Positions 5,889 to 13,244 of a stretch of DNA of 17,779 nt are shown piece after piece (within the stretch, counting starts at the first letter, position 1; the number at the start of each line of letters is the position of its first letter). Both the position numbers and the translations under genes were made by a program. The DNA comes from Candidatus Hydrogenedentota bacterium (lineage in GTDB: Bacteria > Hydrogenedentota > Hydrogenedentia > Hydrogenedentales > SLHB01). Under the pieces are notes generated by a model that did no database searches, was not told the origin of the DNA, and saw only the letters and a program-made list of their open reading frames with translations. Location: assembly GCA_034408725.1 (NCBI GenBank), contig JAWXCN010000254.1, positions 1 to 17,779 on the forward strand, written 5' to 3'.

Positions 5889-8845
5889 GCGATTGGCTTT
5901 CCAGCATCAACCTGTTTTCAATCCGATTTTCCTATCCCTGGGCATTGTTGTTCCTCGTTCTGATTCCCTACACGATATGGCTTGGCCGGCATGTCCGTTC
6001 ATTGGGCAAAGCGCGGAAATGGTTGGCGATCGTATTACGGTGCATGGTGCTGCTCTGCCTAATCGCGGCCTTGGCGGGCACAGAGCTTGTGCGGATCAAC
6101 GATCGGCTTGCGGTATTTTTTCTACTCGACCGCTCCAACAGCATTCCGGAAGAACAACGCGAGGCAACGCAGCAAGCCGTGCAAACGCTCGCCGGTGCAT
6201 TCATGACGTCCAGAGACGAAGCAGGCGTAATTTCCTTTGGCCAGGAACCGAGCATTGAACTGACCGTAGGACCGAGTCTCGGGCTAACCAGTGTGCAATC
6301 CTATGTCGGCGGCGAACAAACCGATCTCGCCGCGGCGATCCGATTGGCAATCGCCGCATTTCCCCAAGGGTACATGCGCCGTATCGTCGTGTTCACGGAT
6401 GGCAACGAGACCCGCGGTTCAGCGTTGGAAGAAGTCAAACTGGCGCAGGCGAGTGGCGCGTCCGTCGACATCGTGCCCATCGCGATTGGCGGCCGGAGTG
6501 AAGTGCGCATCGCAGGCGTTACCGCGCCAAACCGCGTGAACGCGAACGAACCGTTCAAGGTGCAAGTCAATGTTCACGCGGACCAGGATGGCCCAGCCAC
6601 GTTGCGGTTGTACCAGAAAGTCAGTGATGGCACGGTCATGCTCCCGCCCGCTGAAGTGATGCTGCAAAAAGGCGCGAACGCATTTCTACTGCCGCAGGAA
6701 TTGAGCGCGTCCGGGTTCTACGAATACGAAGCTGTCATAGAGTCACCCAATGACACTGTGGTCGCAAACAATGAAGGGCGCGCATATACCGTCATCCACG
6801 GAGAGCCGACCGTGTTATATCTGGCATCCGACCCTGAGCACAGCCAGCGGTTGGCGCCCGCAATGCAGCAGGAAGGAATCACCGTCACGCCGGTCGACCT
6901 CGGATCGATGCCGTCGTCGCTTGCGCAACTTCAAAACTACGACGCAGTGGTGCTCGACGATGTAAGCGCAACCGATTTGACGAATGAGCAACTTCGTTCG
7001 CTCGAAGCGATGGTGCGTGATTTCGGCGTCGGCCTTGTCATGGTCGGCGGACCGAACTCCTACGGCGCGGGCGGATATTTCGACACCCCGGTCGAACGCG
7101 CGTTGCCGGTAAGCATGGACCTGAAACAACGCAAACAGATGCCGCAGGGCGCGCTCGTGGTGATTCTGCATACTTGCGAATTTCCCGATGGAAACGCATG
7201 GGCGCGCGACATTGCGCTCGCGGCACTCGACGTTCTATCGAGCCAGGACCTCATGGGCGCGCTTGCCTACGATTGGAAAGTTGGCGAAGACTGGTTGTTC
7301 GATCTGCAACTTGTCGGTGACAAATCCGCGATGCGCCAGGCGCTCAACACGACAAATATAGGCGATATGCCGTCCGCAGATCCTACCTTGCAGATGGCAT
7401 ACGACGCGCTTGCGGCCAGCACGGCATCGGTCAAACGCGTCATTCTTATCTCCGACGGCGACCCCGCTGCTCCAAATGCCGCTTTGCTTACGCAATTACA
7501 GGCAGCAGCTATTTCAGTCAGCACCTGTTGCATCAACCCGCACAGCCCATCCGATCAGCAGATGCTCCAATACGTCGCGGCCCAAACCGGTGGCAACTAC
7601 TATTTCGTGTCCAACCCCGCCAAGCTCCCGCAGATTTTCACGAAGGAGGCAGCGTTGGTAAAGCGTGGGTTGCTCGTCGAGGATACTTTCGTGCCCGTTG
7701 TCCAATACGACTCCGAGATTCTGCGGGGCATGGCGGCCGATGCGCTTCCGCCATTGCAGGGCTACGTTGCCACCACGCCAAAAGAAAGCGCGATCATTTC
7801 GCTTATATCGGACAAAGGAGACCCTGTTCTTGCGCAATGGCGGTTCGGTCTCGGCAAATCGGTTGCCTTCACTTCGGACGTGACGAGCAGGTGGGCCGCG
7901 GATTGGCTCGCGTGGGACGGCTTCAACCGGTTCTGGTCGCAGACCGTGCGATGGGCCATGCGCGAGGCGTCGCCGTCGAATTTCCGTGTCGACACGCGCG
8001 TTCGCGACGGCAAAGGCTACGTGAAAATCGATGCAGTCGACGAACAGGGCAAGTACATCAATTTTCTCAAGCCCCAAGGCACTGTAACGGGACCGCCGCC
8101 AGAGTTCGCGCGGCAGGACATCGCACTCGCGCAGACCGCGCCGGGCATCTACGAGGCCACTTTCCCGCTCGGCAATCGCGGCGTGTACATGATCAACATG
8201 ACCTATACGCGCGAAGACGGGTCGCAGGGCATGATCCCCGCCGGGCTCGCTCTGGACTATTCCAAAGAATACGAATACAACACGACCAACATGCCATTGA
8301 TCGAACAGTTGGCTTCCGTCGGTGGCGGACGCGTCGTGAAACCTACTGACAATCCATTCGAACACAATCTCCCCATGTCCGAATCGGTCACGCCTATCTG
8401 GCCGTATCTCGCCGCGCTTGGAGTTGGCCTGTTCCCCGTCGAGATATTCGTGCGCAGAGTAATGTTTGATTTAAGCCGGCTGTTCGTAGGGCTGTTCGCC
8501 GTGTTGCGGAAAATCCCGGGACTGCACCGCATCATTCCCGCGCCCAAGCGCAGGCGCTCCCAGCTCACTGGCGCGTACGGCACGATGACTGCCCCGTCGA
8601 AAAGTTTTGTCTATGTGGCATCGGGTTCGTTTTCGGTGGCGGGGCAGGCCGCGGCGGTATCCGCGCACGTGCCGGAGAATGCGCCGGTCGCGGATGGAGG
8701 GGAAGTAATCGTGAACGCGGAAGAAATGAAAGCCGTTGGACGCAGCGAGTACACGCGGCAGTTGTTGGAAGCAAAAGAACGCGCGCTCGACAAGCGCAAA
8801 CGCAGGCGAAAAGCGCCCGGATCGCCGGACGACAAGGAGCAATAG
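5885..8845 (+). CDS. Large membrane protein: N-terminal double TM, vWA, Ig-like, glutamine-amidotransferase-like domain, second (variant) vWA, C-terminal TM
   Basis: vWA1 MIDAS LLDRSNS..TDL..VFTDG. GATase-like segment YDAVVLDDV...GVGLVMVGGPNSYGAGGY...VERALPV, closed later by DPVLAQWRFGLGKSVAFTSD...W..W. vWA2 ILHTCEF...ISDGD. GTGA overlap with the NHL gene stop. Confidence 0.85.
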   Translation: MSDWLSSINLFSIRFSYPWALLFLVLIPYTIWLGRHVRSLGKARKWLAIVLRCMVLLCLIAALAGTELVRINDRLAVFFLLDRSNSIPEEQREATQQAVQTLAGAFMTSRDEAGVISFGQEPSIELTVGPSLGLTSVQSYVGGEQTDLAAAIRLAIAAFPQGYMRRIVVFTDGNETRGSALEEVKLAQASGASVDIVPIAIGGRSEVRIAGVTAPNRVNANEPFKVQVNVHADQDGPATLRLYQKVSDGTVMLPPAEVMLQKGANAFLLPQELSASGFYEYEAVIESPNDTVVANNEGRAYTVIHGEPTVLYLASDPEHSQRLAPAMQQEGITVTPVDLGSMPSSLAQLQNYDAVVLDDVSATDLTNEQLRSLEAMVRDFGVGLVMVGGPNSYGAGGYFDTPVERALPVSMDLKQRKQMPQGALVVILHTCEFPDGNAWARDIALAALDVLSSQDLMGALAYDWKVGEDWLFDLQLVGDKSAMRQALNTTNIGDMPSADPTLQMAYDALAASTASVKRVILISDGDPAAPNAALLTQLQAAAISVSTCCINPHSPSDQQMLQYVAAQTGGNYYFVSNPAKLPQIFTKEAALVKRGLLVEDTFVPVVQYDSEILRGMAADALPPLQGYVATTPKESAIISLISDKGDPVLAQWRFGLGKSVAFTSDVTSRWAADWLAWDGFNRFWSQTVRWAMREASPSNFRVDTRVRDGKGYVKIDAVDEQGKYINFLKPQGTVTGPPPEFARQDIALAQTAPGIYEATFPLGNRGVYMINMTYTREDGSQGMIPAGLALDYSKEYEYNTTNMPLIEQLASVGGGRVVKPTDNPFEHNLPMSESVTPIWPYLAALGVGLFPVEIFVRRVMFDLSRLFVGLFAVLRKIPGLHRIIPAPKRRRSQLTGAYGTMTAPSKSFVYVASGSFSVAGQAAAVSAHVPENAPVADGGEVIVNAEEMKAVGRSEYTRQLLEAKERALDKRKRRRKAPGSPDDKEQ

Positions 8846-8846
8846 C

Positions 8847-9842
8847 ATGGACGTTGTGAAAGAGGCCGAAGAGTTTCGCCAGGATTTCAAGCGCTTGCAC
8901 GATGAAATTTCAAAGGTCATCGTCGGCGGCGAGGGCATTATCGACGGGGTGCTCACGTGCCTGTTCGCCGGCGGGCACTGCCTCCTCGAGGGCGTGCCAG
9001 GGCTGGGCAAAACGCTGCTGGTGCGTACGCTGAGCGAGGCGTTGAGCCTCAACTTCTCGCGCATCCAGTTCACGCCGGACCTCATGCCCGCCGACATCAT
9101 CGGCACCAATATCATCGCCGAAGACGACGCGGGACGCCGCGAATTCAGGTTTAGGCCAGGTCCGCTTTTCGCCAACATTGTGCTAGCCGACGAGATCAAT
9201 CGCGCCACGCCTAAAACACAGTCCGCGCTACTTGAGGCCATGCAGGAACACACCGTCAGTGTCGCGCGGCAGATTCATAAACTCGAAGAACCGTTTTTCG
9301 TCATGGCGACGCAAAACCCGATCGAAATGGAAGGCACGTACACGCTGCCGGAAGCGCAGTTGGACCGGTTCTTCTTCAAGCTGCTGCTCGATTATCCGAA
9401 CGAGAATGATTTGATGTCGATCCTCGCGCGGACCACCGTGCGCGACGTGGCCAAAGGCACACCGGTGATGGACTCCGCATCCATCAAGCGCTGGCAAGGC
9501 CTCGTTCGTGACGTCGCCGCCGCGCCGCAAGTCGTGAATTACGCCGTCCGGCTCGTGCTCGGCACGCAACCGTCCAAACAACACTCCACCGACATGGTCA
9601 CCAAATACGTGCGCTACGGTTCGAGCCCGCGCGGCGCACAGGCGCTCATGCTCGGCGCAAAGGTGAACGCCTTGCGCGCGGGCAGGTTTAACGTGAGTTT
9701 CGATGATATCCGCGCCGCCGCGCTTCCAGCCTTGCGGCATCGCATCATTCTGAACTTCGAAGGTGAAGCGGATGGGGTGAAAACGGATCAAGTTGTCGCA
9801 GACCTTCTGAAACATACCGATACCAGCGCAAAGGTCGCTTGA
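8847..9842 (+). CDS. moxR: MoxR-family AAA+ ATPase
   Basis: Walker A GVPGLGKT, RIQFTPDLMPADIIG, Walker B LADEINRATPKTQSALLEAMQE, ATQNPIEMEGTYTLPEAQLDRF and GSSPRG. SD AAGGAG 8834-8839 before ATG 8847 (the ORF-track start at 8736 overlaps the upstream gene). Confidence 0.95.
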   Translation: MDVVKEAEEFRQDFKRLHDEISKVIVGGEGIIDGVLTCLFAGGHCLLEGVPGLGKTLLVRTLSEALSLNFSRIQFTPDLMPADIIGTNIIAEDDAGRREFRFRPGPLFANIVLADEINRATPKTQSALLEAMQEHTVSVARQIHKLEEPFFVMATQNPIEMEGTYTLPEAQLDRFFFKLLLDYPNENDLMSILARTTVRDVAKGTPVMDSASIKRWQGLVRDVAAAPQVVNYAVRLVLGTQPSKQHSTDMVTKYVRYGSSPRGAQALMLGAKVNALRAGRFNVSFDDIRAAALPALRHRIILNFEGEADGVKTDQVVADLLKHTDTSAKVA

Positions 9843-9870
9843 TATCGGGTTCCGGGTTTCGGGTATCGCA
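9843..9870 (+). repeat. Left arm of a perfect 28-bp inverted repeat (heptamer units CGGGTTC/CGGGTTT/CGGGTAT)
   Basis: TATCGGGTTCCGGGTTTCGGGTATCGCA is the exact reverse complement of 10348-10375. It begins at the base immediately after the moxR TGA. Confidence 0.95.
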
Positions 9871-9901
9871 AACTTGAGACCCGCAGCCGGAAAGGAATTA
9901 C

Positions 9902-10288
9902 ATGGCCGACAAGCTCAAAAAAAATGGTGAACTGGATGTATGGAAAAAATCCGTGGATATGGTCGTGTCAATTTACGAACTATCAAAGACATTTCCTGCG
10001 TCTGAAAAATTTGGTCTCACATCTCAAATACAACGTGCGGCAGTGTCGATTCCTGCTAACATCGCCGAGGGGTATGGGCGTTCGCACCGTCGTGAATATA
10101 TGCAGCATGTGTCAATCGCACGAGGTTCATTGGCTGAACTCGAGACACATTTAATCATCGCTGTGAAACTCGGCTACGTTTCGAGGGACGAATCAAAAAT
10201 CGTTTGGAACCTGGCTCAGATCGTTGGAAAAATGCTCATAAGGCTTTCGCAATCGCTTTCGACTACGAATAGCAATGTGTCAGTGTAG
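9902..10288 (+). CDS. Four helix bundle protein (23S rRNA intervening-sequence protein / Avd-like family)
   Basis: 128 aa with ELDVWKKS..V..IYEL.K.FPASEKFGLTSQIQRAAVSIPANIAEGYGR...EY...VSIARGSLAELETHL, the diagnostic family motifs. SD AAGGA 9892-9896. Confidence 0.95.
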   Translation: MADKLKKNGELDVWKKSVDMVVSIYELSKTFPASEKFGLTSQIQRAAVSIPANIAEGYGRSHRREYMQHVSIARGSLAELETHLIIAVKLGYVSRDESKIVWNLAQIVGKMLIRLSQSLSTTNSNVSV

Positions 10289-10347
10289 ATATTGGAAATT
10301 CGGATATGAGTGTTCGAGACAAAAAGGCCCATTGCGTGCATTTATTC

Positions 10348-10380
10348 TGCGATACCCGAAACCCGGAACCCGATACCCGA
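10348..10380 (-). repeat. Right arm of the inverted repeat (28 bp perfect at 10348-10375, plus one extra heptamer)
   Basis: TGCGATACCCGAAACCCGGAACCCGATACCCGA, with tandem units ATACCCG/AAACCCG/GAACCCG/ATACCCG. It ends 8 nt before the DUF58 SD (GAGGT 10389-10393). Confidence 0.95.
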
Positions 10381-10398
10381 TTTACGGTGAGGTAGCTT

Positions 10399-11289
10399 AT
10401 GACGACTGAAACACCATCCCTGCTCTCCGCTGAATTCCTGCAGCGGCTGGATCGGCTCGCCCTAATCGCGCGCAAAACCCAGATTGGTGGCATGAAAGGT
10501 GAGCGTAGAAGCAAGCGGAAGGGCAGCAGCGTCGAATTCGCCGATTACCGCGATTATGTGCAGGGCGATGATTTGCGGCATGTGGATTGGAATATCTATG
10601 CGCGCTTGGAATCCCTTTACCTCAAGTTATTTCAGGAACAGGAAGACCTGACCGTTCATTTGCTAATTGATTCGAGCCGGTCCATGGCATTTGGCGAACC
10701 ATCGAAAATTGATCTTGCAACTAAACTTGCCGCTGCAATCGGATATATCGGTTTAGTGGGATACGACCGCGTGTCCGCGGAATCATTTGCGGACGGAACA
10801 ACCCACCGCTTGCAACCTTGCCGCGGTCGCGCAAACGCCGCAAAGCTGTTGTCATTCATGAGCGCGATCCAGCCCGATGGCCGCACCGCGCTCGAAGCCT
10901 CGACAAAATCTTACTCGCTACGCAACCGCGCGAAAGGCGTCGCAGTGCTTTTCTCCGATTTCCTCGACCCGGAAGGGTTCGATGGTTGCCTGCGCAGACT
11001 GCAACAAACGGGGTCGGATTGTTACGCGATCCACGTGCTGTCGCGCGACGAAATTGATCCGCCGGTTGCCGGTGATCTGCGGCTCCTTGACAGTGAATTC
11101 GCCGTTCATGTGGAAGTCAGCGCGAGCCCGGGCCTAATCAAACGCTATAAACATAACCTCGAAGGCTTTTGCGAAAGCATCCGCAAACAATGCCTGTCGC
11201 GCGGCATTGGCTATATTTTCGCGCCCAGCGATGAATCGTTTGAACGTCTCACGCTTGACGTGCTGCGCCGGGGAGGAATGCTCCGATGA
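10399..11289 (+). CDS. DUF58 domain-containing protein (vWA-like MoxR partner)
   Basis: GERRSKRKGSSVEFADYRDYVQGDDLRHVDWNIYAR...LYLKLFQEQED, plus MIDAS-like LIDSSRSM..GRT..FSDF. Confidence 0.93.
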   Translation: MTTETPSLLSAEFLQRLDRLALIARKTQIGGMKGERRSKRKGSSVEFADYRDYVQGDDLRHVDWNIYARLESLYLKLFQEQEDLTVHLLIDSSRSMAFGEPSKIDLATKLAAAIGYIGLVGYDRVSAESFADGTTHRLQPCRGRANAAKLLSFMSAIQPDGRTALEASTKSYSLRNRAKGVAVLFSDFLDPEGFDGCLRRLQQTGSDCYAIHVLSRDEIDPPVAGDLRLLDSEFAVHVEVSASPGLIKRYKHNLEGFCESIRKQCLSRGIGYIFAPSDESFERLTLDVLRRGGMLR

Positions 11290-13244
11290 ATGCCTGGGAA
11301 CTATTCTGGCGAAATACCGGCACAGTCCTTCGCAATGCGTTTCTCGCGCCGCCGTATCTCTGGTTTCTGGCGATTGTGCCGATCATTGTGTTGCTGTACC
11401 TGCTCAAACTCCGGCGCACACAGGTGGTGATCGCGAGCACGCTGCTGTGGATGAAGACCCTCGAAGACCTCACCGCGAATGCGCCATTCCAGCGGTTGCG
11501 AAAAAACCTGTTGTTGCTCCTTCAGATAATTATTGCGCTGCTGATCGCCTTTGCGCTCGCGCGTCCGTTCATTAAAACGCAAGGCGCGGCCGGGCAGAAC
11601 CTGTGCGTCCTGATAGACCGCTCCGCCAGCATGCAAACGCGCGAAGGCGAACAAACCCGATTGGACCTGGCAAAACAACAGGCGGTCGAAATGGTCAATG
11701 CGATGCAGCGAGGCGATAAAATGATGGTGCTTAGTTTTGCGGAAAATTCCGATGTGCTTTGCGAACTCACCGAGGACCGTTCGCGGTTACGTGGCGCGAT
11801 CGCTTCCATCGAACCCAGCGACACTGCCACGCGCCTGCGCGACGCATTCTTCGTGGCGCATTCGCTTCGGCTCACGGTGGCCGATCTCCACGCGGTCGTC
11901 ATCAGCGACGGCAACATCCACGATCTTGCGGAGATTGGGCCGCGCGAATTCGGGCAGTCCCGGGAAGTCGCCGACCAGTCCACGGAAGCGCGTTCACGCG
12001 GCTACGATCTGAGCTTCCTCCAGGTCGGTTCGACGAACAACAACGTCGGCATAACCGAATTCAGCAAACGCGAACCCGTCCCGGGCGCGTCAGGCGAACA
12101 GCAGGCGCTCGTGGCGGTGCAGAACGCCGGCGCGGAAATGTCCGCGGTCACCGTCACGCTCTCCTTCAACGATCAACCCCTTGCCGTCGAAGGCGTCGAA
12201 ATTGCGCCGGGCGAAACCCGGGAACTCGTATTCGCGCATCCAGAATTAGGCGAAGGCATTCTGAAAGCAGTGTTGGATAGCGACGACGCATTGATGGTGG
12301 ACAACACGGCGTGGCTGTCGTTGCGGCCCGCGGCGAAACTGCGCGTGTTGCTCGTTGCCCAGCCCGACGCGACGGGCACGTATTTTCTGCAACGCGTGTT
12401 GGCGCCTGATCCGCGTGTTGAACTCAGCACCATCGCGCCGGTCAACTACACGCCCACCGCGGGTTACGATTTGACCGTTTTTTACGATCACGCGCCCGAT
12501 GCGCTCCCGGAGGGCACGCTGCTATTCATCAAGGCGTTGCCCCCCATCGAGGGCCTCGTATCTGAAGGCACGATTGAGAATCCCCCTGTTGTTGCCGTTG
12601 ACGCGGAACATCCTCTCATGCGATTCAATTTGAATCCCGCGAACGTCGGAATACAGTCCGCGGTCAAGGCGGTATTGCCTGAAGGCTCGCGGCCGGTTGT
12701 TTCCACGACAGGCGGCGCGCTGATTGCCGACGTGTCTCGCGGCGGACAACAAATTGTATGGATCGCATTTGATCTCACGGATTCGGATTGGCCCCTGAAT
12801 TTGTCATTTCCGCTGTTCTTTCAAAATGTGCTCGCATGGGCGCCGCGTTCCGCGTTGGCCTCGGAAAGCTCAGTAGACGCGGGCCGTCCGATTACGTTGA
12901 TTGGCCAATCCGACGTCGCTGCTGCAGTGATTACGCGACCCGACGGAACGCAGGAAACGGTTCCGCTCGATCCCCTGCGCCCGGTGTTCTACAGTAATAC
13001 CCAGCAGGCCGGTGTTTACACGGCGCAACTGGGCGATAATACAGAGCGGTTTGCGGTGAACCTGCTTGATCCGGCCGAGTCCGCGGTGGCGCCGTCCGAT
13101 GCGCTCGCGATTGGCCGGGGTGATTTCGAGGCGGAACGCGGCAACGTGCGGCAGAACCGCGAATATTGGCGCGCGCTTTTGGTAGTGGCGCTATGCGTGC
13201 TTGCGCTGGAATGGCTGGTGTTCAGCCGGAGGGCGTGGATGTGA
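11286..13244 (+). CDS. BatA-like N-terminal double-TM + vWA domain membrane protein
   Basis: PIIVLLYLLKLRR..V.IASTLLW...LLLLLQ.....LIAFALARP (BatA N-terminal double TM), MIDAS LIDRSASM..TAT..ISDG and C-terminal TM REYWRALLVVALCVLALEW. ATGA overlap with the DUF58 stop. Confidence 0.88.
   Translation: MNAWELFWRNTGTVLRNAFLAPPYLWFLAIVPIIVLLYLLKLRRTQVVIASTLLWMKTLEDLTANAPFQRLRKNLLLLLQIIIALLIAFALARPFIKTQGAAGQNLCVLIDRSASMQTREGEQTRLDLAKQQAVEMVNAMQRGDKMMVLSFAENSDVLCELTEDRSRLRGAIASIEPSDTATRLRDAFFVAHSLRLTVADLHAVVISDGNIHDLAEIGPREFGQSREVADQSTEARSRGYDLSFLQVGSTNNNVGITEFSKREPVPGASGEQQALVAVQNAGAEMSAVTVTLSFNDQPLAVEGVEIAPGETRELVFAHPELGEGILKAVLDSDDALMVDNTAWLSLRPAAKLRVLLVAQPDATGTYFLQRVLAPDPRVELSTIAPVNYTPTAGYDLTVFYDHAPDALPEGTLLFIKALPPIEGLVSEGTIENPPVVAVDAEHPLMRFNLNPANVGIQSAVKAVLPEGSRPVVSTTGGALIADVSRGGQQIVWIAFDLTDSDWPLNLSFPLFFQNVLAWAPRSALASESSVDAGRPITLIGQSDVAAAVITRPDGTQETVPLDPLRPVFYSNTQQAGVYTAQLGDNTERFAVNLLDPAESAVAPSDALAIGRGDFEAERGNVRQNREYWRALLVVALCVLALEWLVFSRRAWM

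Larger units (their letters stand above)
9841..10398. mobile_element. Putative inserted cassette: four-helix-bundle gene bracketed by inverted repeats, no transposase
   Basis: Perfect 28-bp IRs, ~45% GC in the ORF (hand count 164/360 over 9901-10260) versus ~60% in the flanks, and an imperfect direct repeat AGGTCGCTT (9832-9840) / AGGTAGCTT (10390-10398). It interrupts the usually adjacent moxR-DUF58 pair. Confidence 0.55.

Noticed and set aside
8736-8846. Extended N-termini from the ORF track (also 1511, 3303, 13166)
   Set aside because: Downstream starts (8847, 1556, 3324, 13241) fit SD position, gene coupling or family N-termini better.
7514-9815. Long alternative ORFs (7514-8365 -, 7528-8349 +, 8471-9253 -, 9228-9815 -)
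   Set aside because: They overlap the well-supported vWA and moxR genes and have the Arg/Ser/Ala-rich or antisense-codon composition typical of shadow frames.
9902-10288. Diversity-generating retroelement (Avd homolog)
   Set aside because: No reverse transcriptase and no TR/VR repeat pair with adenine-specific mismatches were seen in the window. The protein matches the stand-alone four-helix-bundle type.
9843-10380. CRISPR array or classical IS element
   Set aside because: The repeats are short tandem heptamers in inverted orientation without spacers. There are no cas genes, and the enclosed ORF has no DDE, HUH or recombinase motifs.
9841-10398. 23S rRNA gene with intervening sequence
   Set aside because: The flanks are protein-coding moxR and DUF58 genes, and no rRNA sequence is present.
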